The notes under the pieces are model-generated. The model was not told the origin of the DNA. It was given only the letters and a program-made list of their open reading frames with translations, and made no database searches. 56,055 bases of DNA from NCBI GenBank assembly GCA_017860135.1, contig JAFNAG010000012.1, forward strand, positions 1 through 56,055. Direction: 5' to 3'. This DNA is from Acidobacteriota bacterium. Lineage in GTDB: Bacteria > Acidobacteriota > UBA6911. Of this stretch, positions 1 to 9,721 are shown one piece after another. The number at the start of each line of letters is the position of its first letter. The first letter of the stretch is position 1. Position numbers and translations under genes: made by a program.

Positions 1-1
1 A

Positions 2-1735
2 CACTACCTCGATATTCGCGGCGCGGAAAACTCGGTGAACCGCAGCCGGCACAATCAGTCCTGGCGGCCGGTCCTGGAACAGAGTGAAGCCGCCGGCCAT
101 GCCGTGAACGCTGCCTCCCTGATGGTGTCGCTGACGGATGTGGGTGTGCTGACCGGGATCAGGGGGTACCTGGATGCGGCCCAACGCATCTGGCTGGATG
201 TGATCTCCGCGAAGCTCTATATCACCGGCGGCATCGGATCCACCGGAAACGAAGGTTTCGGCAGGCCGTATGAGCTGCCCAACCTGTCGGCCTATTGCGA
301 AAGCTGCGCGGCCTTCATGTTTGCGGCATTCAACCACAAGCTGTTCCTGGCGACCGGCGACGGCAAGTACATCGACGTCATGGAACGCACGATGTACAAC
401 AACGCCTTGTCGGGCGTGTCGGCTTCCGGGGACCGTTTTTTCTACGTCAACAGGCTGGCAAGCGCCGGCGACGGCCGCGACCATCGCTGGGAAAAAGCTT
501 CCCTGGAATGCTGCCCTCCCAATCTCGTCCGTTTCCTCGCCTCGATGCCCGGTTATATCTTCGCGCAAGGCAAGGACGGGATATATGTGAACCTGTATGT
601 GTCCAGTGAAACCTCCTTCAATGTCGATGGCCGGATGCTGTCGCTGTCGGTCGATAGCGAAATGCCGTGGGGCGGAAGGTCGAAACTGACGGTCTCCGCC
701 GGAGAAGGGATCCGGGCAAACATCAAGCTCAGGATTCCCGGGTGGGCAGGCAACCGGCCGGTTCCGGGAGATCTGTATTCCTACACGGGCAAACAGACAC
801 GGCAGACGCGCATTTCCATCAACGGCGGGATTGTCACCAACGCCGTCGGCGAGTCCGGCTATGTCTCCCTCGACAGAGTCTGGAGAGACGGCGATGTTGT
901 CGAAATCGACTTTCCTTTTGAGATCAGAAAGGTGATTGCCAATCCCAAAGTGAGGGATGACAGGAGCCGGATGGCCGTTGAAAGGGGACCGATTGTCTAT
1001 TGCGCCGAATGGCCTGATTGCGAGGGTGGGCGCGTCCTGGACCTGTTGTTCCACCCTGAGGATGAGCCAAGGGCCGCCCTTGAGAAGGAATTTTACGGCG
1101 GAGCGTATGTACTCCACGGACAGGCCGGAAGTATCACAGATCCGCAGTCCGTGGCGAAGCCTGTCAAACTGATTCCTTATTACCTGTGGGCCAACCGCGG
1201 CGTGGGAGAAATGAGCGTTTGGCTGCCGGTCGCCGGGTATTCCGTCGGGGATGTGGGGCCCGCCGGCGGCCTGATTTTCCACGTAAACCCGAATTACACA
1301 GCCGATGGCTGGCGGTATCTGGAGGCAGCCCCCTTCGATCAGAGCGCCGGGGCGCCTTGGGGTTGTTTCCGCACATTGATTCCCGGAGCCCGCGGCACAG
1401 CGGTGGGCACGGGCAGGCAGAACACAAATGACATCCTGGCTGCATGCGTGGCGCCGGGCAGCGCGGCCGCGCTGTGCGCGAATTTCAGCCTGAACGGGAT
1501 CCGCGGCTGGTTTCTGCCGTCGACGGATGAATTGAAGGAGATGTACGTAAACCTGAAGCTCGCCGGGCTCGGCGATTTCGGCGGCAGCGGCATCGTCGAC
1601 AACTACTCGTATTGGTCCTCGACGCAGCGCACCGCTGACATGGCGGATCACCTCGATTTCGCCGACAACGGCCGGAGGCAGCATTACGACGACAAGGACT
1701 ACCCCCGCCGGGTCCGTGCCATCCGAGCGTTCTAG
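2..1735 (+). CDS. glycoside hydrolase family 127 (beta-L-arabinofuranosidase-like), 5' end outside the window, fused to a C-terminal DUF1566/Lcl-like domain
   Basis: The frame is open from the window edge with no stop before the listed ORF at 35. GH127/HypBA1-type motifs are present: YCESCAAF (Glu-x-Cys) and SLECCPPN (Cys-Cys). The last ~150 aa (GGLIFHV...GWFLPSTDELKEMY...YWSST...VRAIRAF) resemble DUF1566. Confidence 0.8.
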   Translation, partial: HYLDIRGAENSVNRSRHNQSWRPVLEQSEAAGHAVNAASLMVSLTDVGVLTGIRGYLDAAQRIWLDVISAKLYITGGIGSTGNEGFGRPYELPNLSAYCESCAAFMFAAFNHKLFLATGDGKYIDVMERTMYNNALSGVSASGDRFFYVNRLASAGDGRDHRWEKASLECCPPNLVRFLASMPGYIFAQGKDGIYVNLYVSSETSFNVDGRMLSLSVDSEMPWGGRSKLTVSAGEGIRANIKLRIPGWAGNRPVPGDLYSYTGKQTRQTRISINGGIVTNAVGESGYVSLDRVWRDGDVVEIDFPFEIRKVIANPKVRDDRSRMAVERGPIVYCAEWPDCEGGRVLDLLFHPEDEPRAALEKEFYGGAYVLHGQAGSITDPQSVAKPVKLIPYYLWANRGVGEMSVWLPVAGYSVGDVGPAGGLIFHVNPNYTADGWRYLEAAPFDQSAGAPWGCFRTLIPGARGTAVGTGRQNTNDILAACVAPGSAAALCANFSLNGIRGWFLPSTDELKEMYVNLKLAGLGDFGGSGIVDNYSYWSSTQRTADMADHLDFADNGRRQHYDDKDYPRRVRAIRAF

Positions 1736-1753
1736 GTTTCGGCCACTTCCGCG

Positions 1754-3088
1754 TCACTCCCCGCCGATCTGCATTTCGCGAATCCGGAACGTGGGCGCGG
1801 TAGTGCGGCGATTCCAGTCGAAGTCGTTTCCCACCAGGTCGATTCCGTTCAGGATCTCATCCGCCCTGCCGGCTATGGTCAGGCCCTTGACCGGAAAAGC
1901 GATTTTGCCGGCCTCAATCCAGAAACCGGATGCGCCGCCGCTGAAATCACCGTTGACCGGGTTGATCCCGTAGCCGGTTACCTCCGTCAGCAGAAGCCCT
2001 CTGTCGGTGCCGGCGAGGATTTCGGCGCGGGAGGAGCTGCCGGCGGCCATATAGAAGTTATGGGCGCCGATGCCGGGCACGCTTGCAAACCCGCCGCGCG
2101 AGGCATTTCCGGTGCTCCGGACTCGGGCCCTGCGGGCTATGATGGTGTTGTACATGAAGCCTTTCAGAATCCCCCGGTCGATGATGGCGCGCTTTTGGGT
2201 GGGCACCCCTTCGCCGTCGAAAGGCGCGCTGGCCAATCCCCGGGCGCGCGTGCCGTCGTCGATGAGAGTGACCAGCGCCGAAGCGACCTTCTGATTGAGC
2301 CGGGTGCCCAGGAAGCTCGCCTCCTGGAGGACGCGTTCGCCGTTGACTGCGGCAAGGATGCCGCCGAGGATGGCTCCCGCGACATCAGGATCGAACACCA
2401 CCGACGCCCGCTGTGTCTTGACCATCCTCGGATCCAGCAGTTCGTAGGCTTTGCGGGCAGCCTTGGCGGCGATGTCGGCCGGCGGTTTGAGATCGGCATA
2501 GAATCGCCGAGTGCAACTCTCGCCCCCGGAAGACTTCTGTTCCCCTTTTTCCGCTACCACGGAAACGCCGAAGGAGCAGCCGGAGGACTTGTAGGTCTTC
2601 GACAGCCCGCTGGAATTGGCGATGAATACCTCGCTCTCCGATTCCGAGTAGCCCGCTCCAGAGCTCTTGGTGATCCGGCTGTCCTGCATCGCCATCTTTT
2701 CGACGGTTTTGGCCAGTTCGATTTTCTGTTCCATCGGGATTTTGGCGATCTGGGGATCATAGAGCCCATCGACAGAAGCAAGGCCCTTGTCGTCGGGAAG
2801 GACGTTGTTGGGATCCGCGGTCGTCTGCTGCGCAAACCGGATCGCGCTTTCGATGGCGCTTGCGGTGGCCGTGTCGGAAAGATCGTTGCAGCTCGCGAAT
2901 GCCATTCTCCCTTTGGCGAAAATGCGGAAACCGATCCCCTGCGATGCGGCTTCCTGGACGGTCTCGATTTCGCCCTTGCGGACTTCGATGCTGAGCTCGC
3001 GCCCGGTTTCCAGGAACACTTCGGCGCTGTCGGCCCCTCTTTTCAAGCAGGTTTGAACCAGTTGTTCGGCTAGTGCCTTGGAATCCAT
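1754..3088 (-). CDS. pmbA: PmbA/TldE-family metalloprotease partner subunit
   Basis: The sequence is TldD/PmbA-family throughout and has no HExxxH motif. I chose the ATG at 3088 because it is preceded by GGAGGAAAGAATC. It starts 28 nt downstream of the tldD stop. The listed ORF start at 3139 would overlap tldD. Confidence 0.85.
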   Translation of the reverse strand: MDSKALAEQLVQTCLKRGADSAEVFLETGRELSIEVRKGEIETVQEAASQGIGFRIFAKGRMAFASCNDLSDTATASAIESAIRFAQQTTADPNNVLPDDKGLASVDGLYDPQIAKIPMEQKIELAKTVEKMAMQDSRITKSSGAGYSESESEVFIANSSGLSKTYKSSGCSFGVSVVAEKGEQKSSGGESCTRRFYADLKPPADIAAKAARKAYELLDPRMVKTQRASVVFDPDVAGAILGGILAAVNGERVLQEASFLGTRLNQKVASALVTLIDDGTRARGLASAPFDGEGVPTQKRAIIDRGILKGFMYNTIIARRARVRSTGNASRGGFASVPGIGAHNFYMAAGSSSRAEILAGTDRGLLLTEVTGYGINPVNGDFSGGASGFWIEAGKIAFPVKGLTIAGRADEILNGIDLVGNDFDWNRRTTAPTFRIREMQIGGE

Positions 3089-3116
3089 GATTCTTTCCTC
3101 CATGCCGTGCCGGCGC

Positions 3117-4649
3117 TCACGCCCGGGTTCCGCCCACATTGATGCCGCGCAGCCGCACCGTAGGCTGTCCGGCGGTCACTTCCGCGCTTTGCCCCTTGCC
3201 GCAGATGCCCGGTCCGAAATCGAGATCGTCGCCGACGGCATCGATGTTGGAAATAATGTCCAAGCAGCTGCCGATCAGCGTGGCTCCCTTGACCGGTCTG
3301 GTTTTTTTGCCGTCTTCGATCAGGTAGGATTCGCGGCAGGTGAAATTGAACATGCCGGTGGTCGGATTGACGCTGCCGCCGCTCAGGCTCTGGACGTAGA
3401 TCCCTTTGCGGGTGGACGCCAGGATATCGGCGGGTCTGTCGTTGCCTTTGTCGATGAAGGTGTTGGTCATGCGTGGAATCGGCGGGTAACGGAAACTCTC
3501 GCGCCGGCCGTTGCCGGTGCGTGCCATGTTCAGCTGCCGGGCCGAAAGGATGTCCGACATGAACAGCTTGAGCACCCCTTTTTCGATCAGCACGCTGCGC
3601 TGCATCGGCGTGCCCTCGTCGTCGAAATTCGTCGTGCCCCTGAAATTGGCGAGGCTGCCGTCGTCCACCATGGTGAAAATCTCGCTGGCCACCATCTGCC
3701 CCATTTTGCCGGTGAAAGCGCCGACCTGTTTGGCAATATTGTCGGCTTCGAGCGGATGCCCGACAGCTTCGTGGACGAGCACGCCGCCCCAGCCGTTCTG
3801 CATGACGATGTCCATCTTGCCAGCGGGGCAGTCCTCGGCGGACAGCATGGCGATCGATTCCCGCGCGCACCGGCGGGCGATCTCCTCGGGGGAGACCTGG
3901 TCGAACATCTCGAACCCGGCGTGCATGCTCAGGCGCTCGCGGCCCATGTGCCGCGTGTTGCCGCCGACGCCGAGCGTCTGGACGATAAAAAACAACAGCG
4001 GCAGTTCGTCGCTGAGCAGCAGCCCTTCGCTGTTGGCGATGGTCCGGCCGCGCACTTCGTCGTAGTAGGAAATCGAGGCCATCTTGATTTTGGGGTCGTA
4101 CGATAGAGCCGTCTGATCCGCGCGCTTCATGATTTCGATCCGTTTTGCATCCGCGACCTCATCGAGCGGAATCTTGACCGTGACAAAGGCGGGGCTTTTG
4201 CCCGGACGCACACTCACCGGCACAGATGGTTTGGAACCCCGAGCGACAAACGATGCTATTTCGGCCGCCCGCTTGAGTTTTTCTTCCGTGATTTCGTCTG
4301 TATATGCGTAACCGGTCCTGTCGCCGGAGATCACGCGCACGCCGGCTCCCTGGCTGATGCCGAAGACGGCCTGCTTGATTTTGGACTCCTCCATCAGGAT
4401 GTCGCGCGAGATCCGGTTTTCGACGTAGACTTCGGCGAAATCGCCCCCTTTGCGCAAAGCCGTCTGGATGACCCGGTCCAGCATCTGCGGGTCGAGCGCC
4501 GGTTTGGCCGGCGCGGCCTTGGCTTCCATGCAGGTAAGCAGTTCCGTCATCAGAATGGGTGTCGCCGCCAGCGCCAGGCCGCTTTTGAAGCCTGCCTGGA
4601 GGAACTCACGGCGCGGCATGTCCGCAACCAAACATTGTATGGAATGCAT
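3117..4649 (-). CDS. tldD: TldD-family zinc metalloprotease with N-terminal twin-arginine (Tat) signal
   Basis: It carries the HEAVGH (HExxxH) motif. The ATG at 4649 is preceded by GGGGAGG with a 7-nt spacer. The N-terminus reads MHSIQCLVADMPRREFLQAGFKSGLALAATPIL...AKA, which matches an RRxFLxxG Tat motif followed by a hydrophobic region and an AxA site. Confidence 0.88.
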   Translation of the reverse strand: MHSIQCLVADMPRREFLQAGFKSGLALAATPILMTELLTCMEAKAAPAKPALDPQMLDRVIQTALRKGGDFAEVYVENRISRDILMEESKIKQAVFGISQGAGVRVISGDRTGYAYTDEITEEKLKRAAEIASFVARGSKPSVPVSVRPGKSPAFVTVKIPLDEVADAKRIEIMKRADQTALSYDPKIKMASISYYDEVRGRTIANSEGLLLSDELPLLFFIVQTLGVGGNTRHMGRERLSMHAGFEMFDQVSPEEIARRCARESIAMLSAEDCPAGKMDIVMQNGWGGVLVHEAVGHPLEADNIAKQVGAFTGKMGQMVASEIFTMVDDGSLANFRGTTNFDDEGTPMQRSVLIEKGVLKLFMSDILSARQLNMARTGNGRRESFRYPPIPRMTNTFIDKGNDRPADILASTRKGIYVQSLSGGSVNPTTGMFNFTCRESYLIEDGKKTRPVKGATLIGSCLDIISNIDAVGDDLDFGPGICGKGQSAEVTAGQPTVRLRGINVGGTRA

Positions 4650-5119
4650 ATCACGACCTCCCCGGTACGGCCGCCAGTATAGAATATTTGCGATTTTCGG
4701 GGGCAATTTTTACATATCGGGCATTGCCCGCAACGGATAAACACCTCTTCGGAAGCAGGAGCTGCCGCTGTGCATCGTCGAGGAGCGGCAATGCCGCAGA
4801 TGCCCTTCCGCCGCCGCGCCGGGCTGCGGCCCGCAGGCCAGCTGGCTGTGCTGCTCGCTCCTCACATACCACACCGGGTATGCTAGTCGCTCACTGCTCC
4901 TTCGGGGCAGCGGGTTGGCTGTAAGCGAACTGTGCTGGTTGAAGTCGGATCCGCCTGCTGAGCGCAGGGAGTTCTTTGCCGACGTATATCCCTCGATGGC
5001 AGGTGTGTAAGCCAATCTCGCCGGGATGCGCGCGTGCGGGTGTGAAGTCATGGCTACCCCAACGATGGCTCGGATGGCGACCTGCTTTATCCTGCAACCG
5101 ACTTTATCGTCATGAGCTC

Positions 5120-5659
5120 TCAGCGTTTCGTGCTCGAAGTGTCCGCGCCCTGTCCATTATCAACCTGTTTTGCGGCAATTTCCGCCCGCCTGCGGTCCAC
5201 ACGGCGCTCCCAGGCAAGCAACAAATAGCCATAGACCGATGTTTGAAGCACAATCTCCGGCAGGTGCGCCATAAACAGTTGAAGGTGAAAGGTTGTGGAA
5301 TACACCCAATCTTCGATCGCACCGGAGATGCCGGCTACCGAGCCAATAAGGAGAAGCAGCGATGCGACCACAAGGCCGCCCGAGCGGGGCCTGTTGAGAA
5401 GCGCGGCCCTCAAGGGGAAAAGGGCGACGCCGTGGAGCACCCCGCGGATGATCTGCGCCGGCAGGAACCAGCGCTGCACAAACTCGCCCTCGGGATTGCG
5501 CAGCCATGGAAGAGCCTCCGAACCCGTCCAAAAACGTCTTGCCACCAGCCCATACGACACTGCGCCAATAACGATGTAGGTGAGCACATGGAGTACCGTG
5601 CTGCGGGCGGTGAAACCGGCAAACGTTCGAAAGAAACTTCGTCTGTTCTGTGTCGTCAT
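5120..5659 (-). CDS. hypothetical integral membrane protein
   Basis: The ATG at 5659 is preceded by GGAGGCGGAAG. There are several hydrophobic helices (VLHVLTYIVIGAVSYGLV, GLVVASLLLLIGSVAGISGAI, IVLQTSVYGYLLLAW). I recognise no family. Confidence 0.6.
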   Translation of the reverse strand: MTTQNRRSFFRTFAGFTARSTVLHVLTYIVIGAVSYGLVARRFWTGSEALPWLRNPEGEFVQRWFLPAQIIRGVLHGVALFPLRAALLNRPRSGGLVVASLLLLIGSVAGISGAIEDWVYSTTFHLQLFMAHLPEIVLQTSVYGYLLLAWERRVDRRRAEIAAKQVDNGQGADTSSTKR

Positions 5660-6165
5660 CTTCCGCCTCCGTTTGATCCCTGGCCGGGCTCGAATGCCGA
5701 GGAGCCGCACATGACCCACCCAATTTGCAAGTAGGCCGCCCAGCGTATAACCCATGGGAAAAGCATGCGAGCATAGTCGTGAGGGTTAATCCTTTGACCA
5801 TTATCTGAGCGATTGGAGCGGATTACAATCAAATCTGTAGTAAGTCATGCCACGGATTCCAGTTCCGCGGACGATGCGTGCCAGGCTATTTGCATGGCTA
5901 TTTTGCAGCGGCGGACCAATATGCCGTAAAAGAAATGAGAGGGATCTTGCTGAATTCCCGACTCCATCGACCATGTTTGCTGCAGGGAGAATTGCCCCTG
6001 CCCGAAGCCATGCCAATCCGCTGTCCGGAAAGAGCGATGTGGGAAGTTGACTGATGACCAACCACCTGGACTGGTTTATTGTACAATACGGGAGGTGCGC
6101 AATCTCCGGGATTAGAGATAGCGGGATATTTCATCATGCCTTTCATCAACCGGGAGGGCGGAGGG

Positions 6166-7926
6166 ATGAAAACTGACAGCAGAATCTGGAAGCCTGCGTG
6201 TGGATTCGTTCTCGGACTTGGTTTGGCCTCGGCATTTGCGTGTCAGGCAGGCAAGGGGCCGGCGGCGGCGCGCCTGCGCTTCAGCATTTCGTTCCCGCAG
6301 GAACTCAGCGCGGAGCCCCTGGATGGGCGTCTGCTCCTGATGATTTCCACGAACGGGGAAAGCGAGCCCAGGTTTCAGATCAGTGACGAAGCCGACGCGC
6401 AGCAGATCTTCGGCATCGACGTGGACGGGCTGAGACCGGGCGCCGGGGCTGTCATCGATGCCGGAGTTTTCGGCTACCCGCGCAAGAGCCTCGCCGAGAT
6501 ACCGCCGGGCGAGTATTACGTCCAGGCCCTGCTGCACCGCTACGAGACGTTTCACCGGTCCGACGGCCACTCCGTGAAGCTGCCCATGGATCGGGGGGAA
6601 GGGCAGCGCTGGAACCTGGCGCCCGGCAACCTGTACAGCACGCCGGAGAAGATCGCGTTCGATCCCTCGCGGACCGACCTGGTTTCGATCACTCTCGACA
6701 AGGTCATTTCCCCGATCGCCCCCCCCGAAGACACCCGGTATATCAAGCACATCCGGATGCAGAGCGAACTGCTGACCAGGTTCTGGGGCCGGCCCATGCA
6801 TCTGGGCGCGGTTGTGCTGCTTCCGGAGGGATTCGACGCGCATCCGGAAGCGCACTATCCGCTCATGGTATCGCATGGCCACTTCTCCCCGACCTTCGAA
6901 GGTTTCCGGGAGACGCCGCCCGACCCGAACCTCGAGCCTGACTACAACAAGCGTTTCGGCATCAAGGGCTACAACAGGATCGTCCAGGAACATGCGTACG
7001 AGTTCTACAAGGAATGGAGCGGGCCGAATTTCCCGCGTTTCCTGGTAATGCAGATCCAGCACGCCAATCCGTACTATGACGATTCCTATGCCGTGAATTC
7101 GGCCAACCTGGGCCCGTACGGCGACGCCATCAACCGGGAGCTGATCCCGCATGTCGAAAAGATGTTCCGGGGCATCGGCCAGGGCTGGGCGCGATTCACT
7201 TATGGCGGATCCACCGGCGGCTGGGAAGCGCTCGCCACCCAGATCTTCTACCCCGACGATTACAACGGCTGCTTTGCGGCCTGTCCCGACCCGATCGACT
7301 TTCGCGCCTACACAGTTGTCAATATCTACGAAGACAAGAACGCCTATTATCTTGATGAAATCTGGAAACGCACACCGCGTCCCGGCCACAGGAATTATCT
7401 GGGCCACGTCAGCGCCACACTGGAACAGATGAACCACCGCGAGCTCGTGCTCGGCACTCATTCACGGTCCGGCGATCAATGGGATATCTGGGAGGCGGTA
7501 TACAGCCCGGTGGGCGAGGACGGCTACCCAAGGAGAATCTGGGACAAGCTGAACGGAGAGATCGACCACGCTGTCGCGGAGCACTGGCGTGAAAACTACG
7601 ACCTCGGCCACATTCTGCAGCGCGACTGGAAGACGCTGGGCCCCAAGGTGGCGGGGAAAATCCACGTTTATTGCGGCGACATGGACAATTACTATCTGAA
7701 CAACGCCGTTTACCTGGTGGAAGAGTTCCTCAAGGGCACGGAGGACCCGTACTATGGCGGCGAAGTGGCTTACGGCGACCGGGCGGAGCACTGCTGGAAC
7801 GGCGATCCCACGCGGCCGAACGCCACCTCGCGGCTGCGCTATAACCAGATGTATGTGCCGAAGATCCTCGCAAGGATCCAGAAAACCGCGCCGCGGGGCG
7901 CCGACCTGAAGAGCTGGCGCTATTGA
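6166..7926 (+). CDS. secreted hydrolase-like protein (possible alpha/beta-fold esterase), family uncertain
   Basis: The ATG at 6166 follows GGGAGGGCGGAGGG. The N-terminus has a signal peptide (GFVLGLGLASAFAC). A GGSTGG (GxSxG-like) elbow sits in YGGSTGGWEALATQIFYPDDY. Confidence 0.65.
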   Translation: MKTDSRIWKPACGFVLGLGLASAFACQAGKGPAAARLRFSISFPQELSAEPLDGRLLLMISTNGESEPRFQISDEADAQQIFGIDVDGLRPGAGAVIDAGVFGYPRKSLAEIPPGEYYVQALLHRYETFHRSDGHSVKLPMDRGEGQRWNLAPGNLYSTPEKIAFDPSRTDLVSITLDKVISPIAPPEDTRYIKHIRMQSELLTRFWGRPMHLGAVVLLPEGFDAHPEAHYPLMVSHGHFSPTFEGFRETPPDPNLEPDYNKRFGIKGYNRIVQEHAYEFYKEWSGPNFPRFLVMQIQHANPYYDDSYAVNSANLGPYGDAINRELIPHVEKMFRGIGQGWARFTYGGSTGGWEALATQIFYPDDYNGCFAACPDPIDFRAYTVVNIYEDKNAYYLDEIWKRTPRPGHRNYLGHVSATLEQMNHRELVLGTHSRSGDQWDIWEAVYSPVGEDGYPRRIWDKLNGEIDHAVAEHWRENYDLGHILQRDWKTLGPKVAGKIHVYCGDMDNYYLNNAVYLVEEFLKGTEDPYYGGEVAYGDRAEHCWNGDPTRPNATSRLRYNQMYVPKILARIQKTAPRGADLKSWRY

Positions 7927-8152
7927 CAGGATTCTCGAATCCTGGCCTCTCGCACTGCCCGGCAGGGCTTTCGCCGGCTTGCCTGCCACGATCCTCCCCG
8001 ATTTCCTGCCTCCGTCAAGGGAATGATACCCCCGCCAGCGCCTGGAGTCGCAGCGTCGCGCTCGGACACGGCACGCGGCGGCGGATTTTTCTCCGGCGCA
8101 CCTGGATTCACAGATTTCCCGTCAATCCTGGGCCCCTGTCATTCGGAAATGA

Positions 8153-9721
8153 TCACGGGCCTCCGCTCGCATCCTCCGGCGCCGGCGGGGGGCGGCTCAT
8201 TTGCAGATCTTCCAGGATCACTTCCACGATGGGCACTTTCCAGTGGTCGCATCGCAGCCCGGAGCGCCACTGGGGAGCGGATTGATCCGCGTGACGCTCC
8301 ACCATGCCGGCCACTTTGGCCGAGAGCACATGGTCGAGCCTGGAAGCCCATCGTGCAGCTCCCGGCCGTGAGAGCATTGCGACGGGGCCGTCTCCGGCTT
8401 CGATGGCGATGGAGCTGCCTTGCTTTCGGAATCGGACGGCGGCGCCGGCCTGGAGCGCCGCCAGGCGGCGGTGCACCGGGTCCGGGTCGGGGTGCCGGCC
8501 CGCCCAGTCGATGTAGAGGTCGCCAAGCCCGACGCGTGCGACGAGGGTTGAGTGATCCGTCGGGGCCGATTCGATCGCCGCCAGGACTTCGCCCGGTTCG
8601 ATTCGTTTGTGGAACCAGACCACGCGCGCGGTGGAAGGCAGATCACCGGAACTGCAGTTCAGCGCGCGGTCGATGCAGAGCACCAGGGGAACCTGGGGCA
8701 TGTCGCGCAGGCGGCTGAGTTTCTCCTTCAGGTAGTCCGGAGTCCAGAAGCCGACGATCTCGAGCAGGAACCTCCTGGACGGGTCGCGGCGGTGGACGAC
8801 GGCGAAATCAGGGAAAATCAGGACGCCGCCGGCTTCGACGGGCTCAGGTTCGCGCACGAGGTCCCAAACCAGGTTTGCGCGCGTGAAATCGCGGGCGAAC
8901 CGCTCTTCCAGGCGGCTGTCATACTCGCGGGGTTGTTTGCCGGCGGGGATCGGATCGCCCGGCTGCAGATGCACGCTGACGGCCTGGCCGCGCAGCATGC
9001 AGCGTGCGACCAGGTTGAATCCTCCACACCAGGGAAGGAGCGGAAGGATCGAGGCAAGCGCGCGCCCATACATTGTCGTATGGCGAAAAAGCGAGAATGG
9101 GCCCGACACGTCGAGGCGCACTCCCTCGCGGCCGGTGCGCCGCACGGTGCAGAGGAGGCGCCGGAAGTGCGCCTGGCGGACGACGACCCGCGCGCGGCCA
9201 TGGATCTCGATCGTGACTTCGGATGCGATCCTGAGCAGTCCCTGCGCAAGAGCCAGGTTGGTGTGTGCCGCAAGCGATTGGGGATCCGGGAGCGGGTCGG
9301 GAGTGCGGAGCCGCCTTTCCCCGGGAAGATCCGCGAACATGTGCTCCTCGACCGCCGCGGCAGTCAGCCCGAGGCGGTGCGCGGCGGCGGCCATGACCTC
9401 GGACCGGTTGAACCGGTCTGCATCGCGCGCGCCCTGCGCCTCGACGGCGAGTGTGTCGCGGAGCGAAGCGGCTTCCAGGGAAGGCCTTTCCCGCACGCAC
9501 AGGCTCTGAAGGGTCCAGATTGCCATGCGCCGCTTGCCCGGCGGCGCAGGCATGCGCGGCGGTTCCTGGAGGAACGGGGCAACCTCCCGATAGGGACGGC
9601 CGTCGAGCCTGGCGAAATCCTCGATCAGCGCCCGGAGCCATGCGTGGTCCTCCGGACCCAGCCAGGAAGGCATCGCTTCGCCGCCGGCCATGCGGACCTG
9701 GATGCGGTCAGCTGGAAGCAA
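8153..9721 (-). CDS. DUF790 / Bax1-like endonuclease with ~150-aa unassigned C-terminal extension
   Basis: The N-terminus MLPADRIQVRMAGG is family-typical. The core motifs are YDSRLEERFARDF...IFPDFAVV...LEIVGFWTPDYLKEKLSRL. It uses a TTG start at 9721 that overlaps the helicase stop by 14 nt. Residues after ~370 (STLVARVGLGDLYIDWAG...WKVPIVEVILEDL) match no family I know. Confidence 0.8.
   Translation of the reverse strand: MLPADRIQVRMAGGEAMPSWLGPEDHAWLRALIEDFARLDGRPYREVAPFLQEPPRMPAPPGKRRMAIWTLQSLCVRERPSLEAASLRDTLAVEAQGARDADRFNRSEVMAAAAHRLGLTAAAVEEHMFADLPGERRLRTPDPLPDPQSLAAHTNLALAQGLLRIASEVTIEIHGRARVVVRQAHFRRLLCTVRRTGREGVRLDVSGPFSLFRHTTMYGRALASILPLLPWCGGFNLVARCMLRGQAVSVHLQPGDPIPAGKQPREYDSRLEERFARDFTRANLVWDLVREPEPVEAGGVLIFPDFAVVHRRDPSRRFLLEIVGFWTPDYLKEKLSRLRDMPQVPLVLCIDRALNCSSGDLPSTARVVWFHKRIEPGEVLAAIESAPTDHSTLVARVGLGDLYIDWAGRHPDPDPVHRRLAALQAGAAVRFRKQGSSIAIEAGDGPVAMLSRPGAARWASRLDHVLSAKVAGMVERHADQSAPQWRSGLRCDHWKVPIVEVILEDLQMSRPPPAPEDASGGP

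Noticed and set aside
4740-5119. tmRNA, RNase P RNA, SRP RNA or cobalamin riboswitch in the long gap upstream of tldD.
   Set aside because: By eye I could not find the diagnostic cores on either strand: GAGGAAAGTCC for RNase P, TTCGAC...TCCACCA for tmRNA, GGAAGCAGCC with a GNAR loop for SRP, or a B12 box. The gap is left as an unassigned spacer. This needs cmscan.
5895-5907. Sigma-54-like TGGC-N-TTGCA element (TGGCTATTTTGCA, within a tandem GGCTATTTGCA / TGGCTATTTTGCA repeat).
   Set aside because: The GG-to-GC spacing is 9 nt rather than the canonical 12. No enhancer-binding-protein gene is nearby.
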